Source of the DNA: Zancudomyces culisetae HAW-14-8
Lineage: Eukaryota; Fungi; Kickxellomycota
Direction of reading: 5' to 3'
Assembly (NCBI GenBank): GCA_052426225.1
Contig: JBNJNM010000021.1
Location: 992,001-1,056,000, forward strand
Length of the DNA: 64,000 nucleotides
In this document: piece by piece, positions 39,253 through 50,170 of the stretch
Layout of the letters: every line of letters starts with the position of its first letter
Numbering within the stretch: position 1 is the first letter of the stretch
Notes under the pieces: generated by a model
The model's input: only the letters and a program-made list of their open reading frames with translations
Database searches by the model: none
Told to the model about the DNA's origin: nothing
Made by a program: the position numbers and the translations under genes

Positions 39253-41784
39253 ATGGAGGAAAACAAGAATAGACCAACGGTGGCAATAGGCGATTATATT
39301 GTGGGTAGCGAGATTGGAAGGGGATCTTTTGCTAAGGTGTTTTATGGAGTGAACAAGAAAACCAAAGTGCAGGTGGCGATTAAATCAGTGTCGAGGGTAA
39401 AACTGACAAAGAAGCTTCTCGAAAATTTGGAACTAGAGATTAATATACTGAAGGCATCTAGTCACGAAAATGTTGTAAAACTGATTGATTGTTTAAAATC
39501 AAAAAATCATATACATCTTGTGATGGAATATTGTTCGCTTGGTGATTTAGCAGCATACATTAAAAAAAGAAAACAAAATACAGCAATGATGAATGCATAT
39601 GGAGGGTTGCATAAGGTAATTGTGGGGGGATTGGTGCCTCAGCTGGGGGCAGCATTAGCATATTTACGTGAAAGAAATGTAATACATCGAGATATAAAGC
39701 CGCAAAACTTGCTTCTGAGCCCTCCAAATAGCGCCTATATGATGGGAGTGAGCGAATTTAAGGGAGTGTACCCAGTGTTGAAGATAGCAGACTTTGGGTT
39801 TGCTAGGTCGCTTATGACCTCGTCCCTAGCAGACACGCTATGTGGATCGCCGCTTTATATGGCGCCAGAAATATTACGCTACGAAAAATATGATGCCAGA
39901 GCTGATTTGTGGTCAGTGGGAGCGGTGATATACGAAATGTTAACTGGAAAGCCGCCATTCCGGGCATCTAATCATGTTGAATTGCAGCATAAAATCGATA
40001 GAGCCAACGATGTGATATTTTTCCCAGGTAATGATTCGGATGGGGTGATAGACATCAAAGTTAAAGACCTGGTTCAGCGATTGCTTAAAAGGAAGCCTGA
40101 TGATCGAATAGCATTTAAAGATTTTTTTGAGCACCCGGGGCTTGGTTTAAAGCCAGAAAACGACAGCGAAGAGTATTCTGAGAAGAGTGATATAGATGAC
40201 GTCATTGAAAAAATAGAAAATGTAAAAATAGTATCCAAGGAAAAGCCAGCGCCAAGAAATGAAAATCAAGGGCTCGACGAACGAAAAAAAGAACGAAACA
40301 GAGTCTTGGGACAACAATATGTAAGGGCCATATCCACCAGAATTGGAGGCGGTGGTAGTAATACACGCCACGATGAGCCGGCTGAATACAGCGCTGGACA
40401 AACTGGGATGGGTACACAGCCAAAGAGAGCGGTCACAAATACTGAAGGGGTTCCAGAAACACGACAAGCTAGAACAGACAATTTTGAGCCAACAAATAAG
40501 GTACTGAGCTCGGCGGAAGAGGGTACTGTTGATTCATCGGCCCTTGTGAATATTTCGGAATGGAGCGGCAGAACTGGAATCAAGAAAAGTGAACAGGCGC
40601 TTGCGGAAAAGGAATATGTTGTTGTGGAAAAACGTGCAGTTGAAGTCAATGTTCTTGCTGACGAATTTGCAAGCAGCACGCCTCCAGTAAAGGGGTATAT
40701 TGGTGCTGCAGTGGCTTCGGCAGCTTCAAGACCCACACATACAGCACCAGCAGCGATGTATTCGTACGGTGGTATACGAAATAACATGTTACAGCAAATG
40801 ACAGCACTGACCCAAATATCAACCAATAAGGCTCCAGAAACGCCAAGCGACACACCTGGAAGTCGAAACGTCGGCAGTTCCGGCCGATTGAACCAATCTG
40901 CAAACAGCAATTCGGAGAATGCAGAGCAGTCTGAGGAGAGCCAAAAACCTGAGGACAAACTACTTCAGGTAAGAAAAGATAAGTTTACATATCTGGATGG
41001 CGCGCTCTACTCAACGTTTAGCTATAAACCCACTTCAGCGGCCGAAGGTTCAACAATTAGACAAATGGAGTCGCTGTGTTACAAAGCTTTTGCGGTTTCG
41101 TGGCTTGCAAATGTCAAGCTGGGGCAGCTGTTGTCTGTGGAGCGAGGAAGTGGGGGTAGTGGTGGCAGCAAAGCCAAGGATCTTGAACGCAGCGTGAAAT
41201 TTGATCGAATTGAGTTTGAGCAACAGTTGGATTTGTTACATAGCATGGATGTCGGTCTAGAGATCACTATTGGCGAGGGATTCGCGCTGTATCTCAAGGC
41301 GATTTCGCTTTTACATAAGGCAGCGACTTGTGCAAAAGACTACTGGGATGGAGAGATTGACTTGGGGCCACATGTATCTGGCGGAAGACGAGTCTCTGGC
41401 ACCTATAATCCTGCATTCACTCTGTCTATCCCATTCAACAATGCTGTTCAGTGGGTTCGCAACCATTTTAATGAGTGTATGGATAAAGCTGATGTTATGA
41501 AGGCGGCTTGTTCTGATGGCGAACTTGACTTCCAGCACATTTCGGCAGAGAAAATTCTTTATGAAAAGGCCTTAGAGTTAAGTCGAGGAGCCGCCGTCAA
41601 TGAATTACATAACAATTTGGTCCCCATGAAGTGTGAAAAGGCCTACCAACTATCGATTTGGCTATTGTCAGCTATTATTGAGGAGACCGATCAGAATACC
41701 ATAAGCTCTGACGACCGGAACACTGTCGATAACTTTATTTTACATATAATAAAAAGATTGGAAAGCTTAAGAGCAAAGACTTGA
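39253..41784 (+). CDS. ATG1: Autophagy Ser/Thr kinase Atg1/ULK
   Basis: 843-aa ORF. IGRGSFAKV, VAIK, HRDIKPQNLLL, LKIADFGFAR, LADTLCGSPLYMAPEILRYEKYDARADLWS; Atg1-type EYVVVEKRAVEVN motif and C-terminal tandem-MIT region (AEKILYEKALELSRGAAVNEL). Confidence 0.96.
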   Translation: MEENKNRPTVAIGDYIVGSEIGRGSFAKVFYGVNKKTKVQVAIKSVSRVKLTKKLLENLELEINILKASSHENVVKLIDCLKSKNHIHLVMEYCSLGDLAAYIKKRKQNTAMMNAYGGLHKVIVGGLVPQLGAALAYLRERNVIHRDIKPQNLLLSPPNSAYMMGVSEFKGVYPVLKIADFGFARSLMTSSLADTLCGSPLYMAPEILRYEKYDARADLWSVGAVIYEMLTGKPPFRASNHVELQHKIDRANDVIFFPGNDSDGVIDIKVKDLVQRLLKRKPDDRIAFKDFFEHPGLGLKPENDSEEYSEKSDIDDVIEKIENVKIVSKEKPAPRNENQGLDERKKERNRVLGQQYVRAISTRIGGGGSNTRHDEPAEYSAGQTGMGTQPKRAVTNTEGVPETRQARTDNFEPTNKVLSSAEEGTVDSSALVNISEWSGRTGIKKSEQALAEKEYVVVEKRAVEVNVLADEFASSTPPVKGYIGAAVASAASRPTHTAPAAMYSYGGIRNNMLQQMTALTQISTNKAPETPSDTPGSRNVGSSGRLNQSANSNSENAEQSEESQKPEDKLLQVRKDKFTYLDGALYSTFSYKPTSAAEGSTIRQMESLCYKAFAVSWLANVKLGQLLSVERGSGGSGGSKAKDLERSVKFDRIEFEQQLDLLHSMDVGLEITIGEGFALYLKAISLLHKAATCAKDYWDGEIDLGPHVSGGRRVSGTYNPAFTLSIPFNNAVQWVRNHFNECMDKADVMKAACSDGELDFQHISAEKILYEKALELSRGAAVNELHNNLVPMKCEKAYQLSIWLLSAIIEETDQNTISSDDRNTVDNFILHIIKRLESLRAKT

Positions 41785-41934
41785 TCTTTTAGCCAATATA
41801 GTATATGTTATAAAAATTGAAATAAAGTCAAAATAACCTAACATGAAAGAAATGGGGAATAGATAATGTTTGAGATGGGGTGAGGTGGGGTGGGGTGTAT
41901 ATGTGCTTAATGAAGGGTCGCTCCCATTGTTTTT

Positions 41935-43244
41935 CTAGTGTGTCACTTTCAAGGAAAAGTCGATATGATTGACGTCTTGTGTTATGTTACCCATACTAAT
42001 TATATCCACGCTATCACTAAAGTATTCCGCTATATTATTTTCTGTGATTCCTCCACTAGCTTCGATCAAAACCCCGCTCCTACCACTGCTTAAATCACCA
42101 CTACAACAATATTCCTTCAATAACGCCGCCGCAGAAACCAACTCTTTTCCTTTAAAGTTGTCAAGCATGACGATATCTGCTCCTGCTTGAATTGCTTCCT
42201 TTGCCTCGTCAAGTGAGCGGCACTCCACCTCAATTTTTACAGAAAATCCACCCACCCGCTTTGCGCTTTCAACGGCTTTGGTTATTGATCCTGTGGCCCA
42301 TACATGGTTGTCCTTGAGCATTATCATGGATGATAGATCCATCCGGTGTCCGTCGATTCCTCCCACCAACATTCCGTACTTTTCGACTATTCTAAAGCCT
42401 ATCGTTTTTTGTTTTTTTTTTTAAAAAAAATGAAAATGAGAAAAGGTTAATACCACCCCCCCCCCCCTCCTACCTCTTTATGAAACCTGGGAAAATGAAA
42501 ATAGGTAAAAGGTTGCAGCTACTTATTAACGTGTTTTACCTGGAGTAGTCTTTCTGGTTCCTGCAACCAGCCCATTATATCCGTGCTGTTTAGCTAGCTC
42601 GGCTAGTTTTCTTGCTTTGGTAGCAATTCCACTGCACCTCGCAATTAAATTCAATGCAACTCTTTCACCCTGAAGTAGCTTATTCACGGGGCCAGTGACT
42701 TTTGCTACTGCTATTCGTTTTGATTCGCTTTTGTCGACATCAATTTCTTCACCTTCTTGATAGTACCATTCTATCCTATATTTTTGGTGTGTTCTATTAA
42801 TCTACTTTTTCTTTTTTCTTTACTTATTAATCTGACACCGATATGCTTTATACGCTCAATATAGTTTTAATTCAGTCTAGAAGTATGCTAAGAGAGAGAC
42901 ACCTTATATTTTACCTACAATCGAGTATTTCAAAGACCTGATTGACAAATGGAACTCCTGCTAGAACTCCCTTTTAACCGTTTATATTGTTACCATGTTA
43001 GAATTTTTAATGAAAGTAGAGTGCTAGTACAGTAAAATGTGTTGTTTTTCAGTGCCTAGCTAGTATGACAAGGCCTGGATACTGAGTATGTAGCGAGTTT
43101 TACCTTTTTCTTGCAGAATAGGTCGGCAGTCTTAACTTCATTACCTACGACATGCCCGCCATAATCAAAACTCGGAATATCTTCCGAAAGCCAGTCAATA
43201 ATTTTCTGCTTGACACCTGTTGATAAAAGTAGATTTTCGCTCAT
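41935..43244 (-). CDS. BNA6: Nicotinate-nucleotide pyrophosphorylase (quinolinate phosphoribosyltransferase)
   Basis: Exons 43244-43104, 42970-42915, 42775-42540, 42398-41935. [85 protein letters not shown]. Confidence 0.96.
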
Positions 43245-45059
43245 AATTCCAAGAATATCTCCGCTCTTCGGTCCTTTTTTTCTCGCTTTTAAATTTAAAG
43301 AAAAGTGTATTTAACCAGATAAGTACCAAACAATTTACCACTGTGGTTCAGCTTTGCCTTTTATACTCTCTTTGAGCTATGGAAAAAAAGAGATAAGATT
43401 GGTTAATGGTACCGATATTGGCTCTTGCTGAATACGTTTGCGATCAATTGGTTTATCTGTGTGCTTTCTTTTATCATTAGTATTTTTCACATGGACACAA
43501 GTCAGACAGGATAAAGAACCGAAACGACAAAATATTGATTAGCCAATAGAGATTTCACACCAGGGCGCAAATTCAAATTTCTGGAAACTACCAGTATAGG
43601 GGAGGAGAAAAAGAAAAGATGGCTTTGAGAGACATTGTGTGTAAATCTAATATATTCCCACTCGTTTACCAAATTACACCATCTCCCTTATTTGTGTATT
43701 GTGGCAGCTATGAGTGCACACCCACTTCATATATTTGCCATATGTACTGAGTTTATATCGGAGTTCAGTCTTAGTAAGGCTTGGCCATAGTGCTTTTATG
43801 TTTTCCAAACTTGGAAAATTGGAGTAGAGAAGGGAGCAAAGCTACAAAAAAAAGTGCAAAAACGACTTGACAGTCTAGAACTAGCAAAAACGAAACTTAT
43901 GGACCTATCTCTTTTAATGGGCTGTGATTGACAAAGGAATTGTTATTCTTATAAAAATAGGCAGTGTTTTACTTAATGGTTGAATGCTAGATTAGGTAAC
44001 GTACACCAGATCTTGACAAATCAGTAACAAGAATAAAATCGATAATACGTTTGCGAATAGAATTATGCAAAAATACGCTGTTTCTCTTTATCTGTCCCAA
44101 ACTATGATGTTCTCAAACATATTAATAATTACGGCTTATTTGCCTACCTGCTTATTTTATCCGTTTTTCGCAGAATAAAACTAGTAAAAAAATTTTTTTT
44201 TTTGATATTCAGGATACGTAAATGGGTGTGTGAATCAATGTTTTTTGCATAATTACCAGAAAAAAGTATTAATGATGTAATAAGTTTCACATCAATCACA
44301 ACAATTTGTTATGTCAAAAAAAAAACAATACTGAATAATGTTTCTTGGTATTCCGCTATTCTTGACATTAAAAATAATAATGGAAATGCTTCATTTCATT
44401 ATATTTGCTATTGTTACAATTTTTACTTTTTTTTCAAGAAAAAAAAACAGAAAAATGAAATTTGTTCATCCAGCATTTTGAAGTTTTGTCATCAAGAGTT
44501 GGAATTGTTAACTAATTGTTTCGTTTTGTTTGAGAAATTTGCTGCCAAAACAATCAAAAAACTGTGACGCCTTAAAAGCCATCTAATAAAACCATTGAAC
44601 TCTTTGAAAAAAAGGTAGGTAACAGGTACCAGGGTAGAACTGTGAATACCAAGGGTATAGTATATGCGTAAAAGTGTGCTTGTACCCGACTTAGTCAAAA
44701 GTGTCTTACTTTATACGCATTAGGAGAGGGTGTACCTTTAACACCAACTATCATCTTGCTTTCTATCTTCACAAAAAACAAAATTAAAAATAAACAAGTC
44801 TCGCAATAGCCTTCACACTGCATGTATTTTTTTAAGGGCTTGGTATTTGTTGATAATAAAGAGCGAACTACAATCACTCGCAAGTGAAAAGTAAAACAAC
44901 AAAAACAGTAACAAGAACAGTAGCAAAAAGGGCGATCCTCTTTATCCCCTTTCCGCTTCCTCTCCCCACCTTTTTTTAATTCATAAGGTATCCACCACTC
45001 ATTAAATTTGCTATTGAGAATCGAGACAAAGTGAAACGAATAAATAAGAAAAAAGAGAA

Positions 45060-47180
45060 ATGGAGGAACAGCCACCAAAACCACAAATGGACTTACAGAA
45101 CGTACGACTAAAAATATCCTGTGATACATGCAGGAGTAAAAAAGTACGATGTGATGGGATCAAGCCGTCGTGCGGGCGGTGTGTTAAAGTTGGAGCAACC
45201 TGCGTGTTTTCACCAGTGAGCGAACGAAGAAGAGCAAGAAAATCGAATAAAAGTGGGTCAGTATGTGAAGGAAGCAGCATGGGACGGATGGTTAATGGAA
45301 AGCTTGCAGAAGTACTGGATATCCATCAGGAAATCAATTCGCTCATGGGCCGACTAAAAGACATAACGATGCGAACATCGGTAACTGAAGGAGAGACAAG
45401 TACAATATTTCGAACATCCAGGGATAGGCATCAATTACAAGCAAAAAGCGAGCATGGAGATAGGATGTCAGAGGGAGAAAGCGAGGTGGGTAGCAAGAGC
45501 AAGAGGCACGAAGAAAAGGATGAAGGGATCGATGTATCGGAGGGAGCACTGATTATCAACAAATTTTTCCAGATGTACAACCCACTGCTGACGGGACTGG
45601 AGGCGCGAGAGCGATGCGAGAGGCATTTGATGTTATTGCTGAACGAGTTGACCCCATCGAGTCTTCTGGTAGCAGTGCTATCGGCAGGGACACTGGTGAT
45701 GCGAGAAGAAGAGGATGGGGTAGGAGATATGGATGTAAAATTTTTGGCAAATGTTTTTAGCTGTAGATTTGAAGCGATGCTTAGCAGAATAATTAATAGA
45801 AACAGCATTGAAAATATACTAGCACTTAATGTGATGTCTAATGCATCACTGTACAGTCGTAGTCGAAATATGGAGTATTCAAACGCAGCTGTGCGAATGG
45901 GAATCAGGATGGGACTGCATCGAAACAGCAGCCATGTGGAAAGCCACATGAAAAACATCTTTTGGACAACCCTGTTGGTGGATGCACTGGTTTCGTGGGA
46001 AAGTGGGTTGCCAGGTGCAATATCATATGACGAGGTTGGGACACAGAATATTAGCTGGTTGGGAAAGCTGGCTGTACTCGTTCTTAAAGCGGCAAAGATT
46101 TCGCGATCTATTTCTGACGGTGGAATGTCGGGCAGCACACAGTTCTGTATACAAACCCTGACAGAATTAGATCAGCTATATGAGGCTATTCCAGCGTCAT
46201 ACAGTTTTTCCATACCCATAAACAGGGAGGGGTATTCACAGGCAGGAAACGAAGAGCCTGAGAACCAGCTGGTTGGCAAGGCATTTGTAAACATACTATA
46301 TCACGGCTTGGTTATTTCCATTGTTCATAGCTATGGATATGATACATGGCAGACAAAAGAAGCCGAATCTCTTGACGATCTGTCACAATGTTTCAAGCCA
46401 ACTCCCGAATATTTGGTACAGGAAAGAAGTCTTAGCTCTGCTGGTGCAGTAACGGAAATTCTTGTCCAGCTCAAGGCTGTAGATCCACGGTACTATCAGT
46501 ACGGCCTGGAGGTTAGTGTCTATTTAGCTGGACTGGTTTATGTCGGTGTTTTATCATGCGTCAATTTCAGTTCGACTGAGTTCGCTATCAGCAACACATG
46601 TATCAAGGAGCACATTTTGTTTTTGGAAAGAACCAGCCACTTTAAACTCGCTCAAAAGCTATCTCTGCAAAAGGAAAACGTCTTGCACTCCAAAAACTCC
46701 TGGTCGGCCGCTCGCTCATCGTTTCTCACCTCATCCCACCCTAAAAACCCTCTTTCCAACTCAGGCCTTCCCCTTTCCCGAACCACAACTGCCCCAGTAA
46801 AGCAAGAGGCAATTGACGCGCTTATGGATGAATGCTTTGTTAGTCCTCCCACCCTCTCATCTTCCTCAAACGCATCGAATCTTTTGCTTTTGGGTGGAGG
46901 TACCGCTTCCACATCTGCCGTTCCTACATCCGCAAATCCCTCTAGTTTCACTATTGATCATCCTGCTACCTTTTCTGAGACCTCTTCCACCATCACCGGC
47001 GTGGTTGCTCCTGGAAATTCTGGAACCAGTCTGCACGGCGCTGGCAACAACGGCATCCACATTTCCGCTGTTCCATCTTCCTCAAACAAAAACGCATTTA
47101 ATGATTATCAGGATTTTTCGATGTTTGTTAGCAATAACCTTGATGATGTAATTTCATCAGTATTTTCATCAAACAACTAG
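45060..47180 (+). CDS. Zn(II)2Cys6 fungal transcription factor
   Basis: SCDTCRSKKVRCDGIKPSCGRCVKVGATCVF binuclear cluster. Middle-homology region AVRMGIRMGLHR..IFWTTLLVDALVS..GLP. Confidence 0.92.
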   Translation: MEEQPPKPQMDLQNVRLKISCDTCRSKKVRCDGIKPSCGRCVKVGATCVFSPVSERRRARKSNKSGSVCEGSSMGRMVNGKLAEVLDIHQEINSLMGRLKDITMRTSVTEGETSTIFRTSRDRHQLQAKSEHGDRMSEGESEVGSKSKRHEEKDEGIDVSEGALIINKFFQMYNPLLTGLEARERCERHLMLLLNELTPSSLLVAVLSAGTLVMREEEDGVGDMDVKFLANVFSCRFEAMLSRIINRNSIENILALNVMSNASLYSRSRNMEYSNAAVRMGIRMGLHRNSSHVESHMKNIFWTTLLVDALVSWESGLPGAISYDEVGTQNISWLGKLAVLVLKAAKISRSISDGGMSGSTQFCIQTLTELDQLYEAIPASYSFSIPINREGYSQAGNEEPENQLVGKAFVNILYHGLVISIVHSYGYDTWQTKEAESLDDLSQCFKPTPEYLVQERSLSSAGAVTEILVQLKAVDPRYYQYGLEVSVYLAGLVYVGVLSCVNFSSTEFAISNTCIKEHILFLERTSHFKLAQKLSLQKENVLHSKNSWSAARSSFLTSSHPKNPLSNSGLPLSRTTTAPVKQEAIDALMDECFVSPPTLSSSSNASNLLLLGGGTASTSAVPTSANPSSFTIDHPATFSETSSTITGVVAPGNSGTSLHGAGNNGIHISAVPSSSNKNAFNDYQDFSMFVSNNLDDVISSVFSSNN

Positions 47181-48149
47181 TACTATTTTCTTCTCTTTCC
47201 CCTTCCGCGCCCCTTTTCTGACATATCGCATCATACCAGTTTTCATCATGTTTTATTTATTTACTCGTGCTAGCTTAGCTGCCAATAACTACATCACTAC
47301 TTTCTTTTCACACATCAACAAATGTCTCTTTTATAATTTCCTTTTTTTTTTGCAATGATCTGGGGTTTGTCAAGAAATCTGACAGCATTCTAGTTCCAAC
47401 CTTTCCACACTTTTTTTTTTCGTGCACTGTTTACGTTTTTTTGATTAAGCTGACCCGTTCTATTTCACATGTAAATTTGTTTTACAGTTACGTAACAAAG
47501 TGCCCTTGCTTTTATTTTATCTTTCAACTTGCTTTTGTTTTATGATTTTTTCATCCATCGAATTGGATTAAATGGATAAGATAGAACAAAATAGTGTTTT
47601 TATGAGATGGAGACAAAGAGAAATGTGTGTGAGAATGTAGAGTTAAATATAGTTGAAAAGGATGGAGGGAGGGTAGAATTAGAGATAGCCAACTCTTATA
47701 AGACTTGGAGTTTACCATTACGAGATAATAGAAAAGCGTCGAATCCAAATAGTCCGACTGAGTGTTATTCTCTTTGTTGATCCGTTTTTAGTGCGTGCCC
47801 CTCTTCCCCTTTCTTTAAAGGCGTGTGTATTCTTTTTTTTTTCATGGCGCTTACTAATAGGTATCCGGAAATAAAACAGCGGGTTACTATTGTCACTAAA
47901 AACTATCCGATGACGCTCTAACTGGTCAGTTACATCATGCACAAGCTAAATGATGGCAAGAATTTTTTTTAATTATTATGCTTATCCCTAATGATTAACG
48001 CACTAATAGCTGCTCTTTCCCTCTTTCCTCCTTCACCCTCCCACCCATTAGAATCATCTTAACCTGGTACTTATTTGCTGCTTTATTTACAAAGTTTCAT
48101 TTTTTTTTTTGCTTTATTAAATTGCCTTTTAACTTTTTTCCATTATCAA

Positions 48150-49705
48150 ATGTCCAAAAACTTGCTATTAAAACAAGTACATTGTTTGAAAGGTTCTTCA
48201 AACCTAATTAAAAATTCTTATTTTTCAACATTCAGTTTTAGTAGGTTTTCTGCACTACGACCAGCAAACGCCTTTAAAACATTGAACACTACCCACAAAC
48301 CTTTTAGCACCAAAATGAGTCCAAAGCCAAATTTGTGTATGATCCCAGGTAACTAGCCCACTAACTAACTAACTAACTAACATTAAACAGTTTCTTTTCA
48401 ACACCTTTTATCTTTATCTGTTATCTTGTATCATTTATCTGTATTGTTTACAACGTATACTTATAAACACTAAATTTCAATAGGACCAATCGAGGTTCAA
48501 GATGAGGTGTTGCAGACAATGGCCACAAAGGCCATCGCACACACAGACCCCATCTTTGCTGCCAGCTTCAGTGAATTGATAAAAAATCTCCGCACTGTCT
48601 TTGGAACCAAGGACGGTCAACCTTTTGTGATTGCAGGCTCGGGAACCCTATGCTGGGACCAAGTCTCTGCAAACCTTGTCGAGGCTGGCGAAAAAGTCTT
48701 GCTTCTTTCATGTGGATACTTTGGGGATAGGTTCATGGATTGCCTTGAAACATACGGAGCCAAGGTTGATTGTCTCAGATCAGAAATTGGCTACTCTTGC
48801 GACTTTGACCAGGTTGCTAAGCAGCTCGAGTCCCAAGCCGCATCAGGTAGTCCATACAAACTTGTTGCTGCCTCTCACGTTGATACAAGCTCAGGCGTCG
48901 TCTTGGACGTCGAGAGACTTTGTAAACTCGTCAAAGAAAAGTCACCAAGTACATTGGTTGTCGTTGATTCAGTTTGTGCAGCTGCTTGTGAAGACCTGCA
49001 ATTTGATAACTGGGGTGTTGATGTTGTGTTTACCGCAAGTCAAAAGGCTCTAGGATGTCCTCCTGGTGTGGCAGTTACAGTTGCTAGTCAAAGGGCACTA
49101 CAGGTTGTCAACAACAGATCTACACCTATTCCTGCATACTATGTCAACTGGCAAAGGTGGTTACCAAGTAAGTTTTTTTTCATTTTTTCTTTTGCTTTCT
49201 CTTTTCACCTCGTTATTCCGTGAACTTTATCCCAAACGCAACATTGTTTTACTTACAAATAGTCATGGAAGCATATGAAAACAAGGCTCCTAAATACTTT
49301 GCTACCCCATGTGTCCAAACCATAATGGCCCTAAACGTCTCTGTCAGAAACATTGTCAGCTATGGCGTCGAGGACTATCTCAAATTGCACAGGGAATCTT
49401 CCGCAAAATTCACTGATGGTCTCAAGAAATTGGGTTTGAAGATTATTCCCCAGTCAGAGGACGTCAGATCCCATGCAATGTCTGCAGTTTGGCTTCCAGA
49501 GGGCGTAAAGCTTACCGATTTGGTTCCTCGAATGGCTGCTCGTGGCGTGACCATCTCTGGTGGAATTTTTACAGGTCATGCAACTGAATACTTCAGAATC
49601 GGACATATGGGTTTGGTATCCAACGATCCATCCCTTGGTTTCCTTGAAAAAACACTGACTGCATTGAAGGACTCGCTGGTTGATGCTGGTTACAACTGTG
49701 CTTAA
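48150..49705 (+). CDS. AGX1: Alanine-glyoxylate aminotransferase (class V PLP enzyme) with optional mitochondrial presequence
   Basis: Exons 48150-48348, 48484-49167, 49263-49705. LCMIPGPIE, GSGTLCWD, HVDTSSGV, VVDSVCA, TASQKALGCPPG (PLP lysine), YFATP, FRIGHMG. Confidence 0.93.
48360..48381. repeat. (ACTA)5 microsatellite in AGX1 intron 1
   Basis: actaactaactaactaactaac read directly. Confidence 0.85.
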
Positions 49706-50170
49706 TTGTCCAGCATTCTAATACTTTTTGCTTCGCATTCGTGCTATTACCTAGGGCGTTCTATTAACTATAAATAAACTCATAAGCTTATACACACTTT
49801 TTTTTTACATCCTCTGGATGCCAGGAGTTCATTTTAACCCTCTTTTTTTTGTTAATGTTACTTGTTCGTTTTTTTTTCTTATATGTGTGTTCTTTATGCT
49901 GCACTATGTTCATAATTTCAATAAGAGGACATAAACCAAACAAACTAAATCAAATCCAGCATTTCAAAGCCAGTCAAAATCCTGATATGATAAACTCACC
50001 AACAATTAAAAAAAAATTGTCGAAAGCTATTAGTGTTGGGTTGATATCTTGGCTATATATTATATTATTTTTTCTATCAAGGATCAATGTTAAAATTTCA
50101 ATTTGAACGTAGCATATTCAAACTGTAATTTACACAACACAAACAATTGAAAAGGAAAAAAAAGGGAGCG

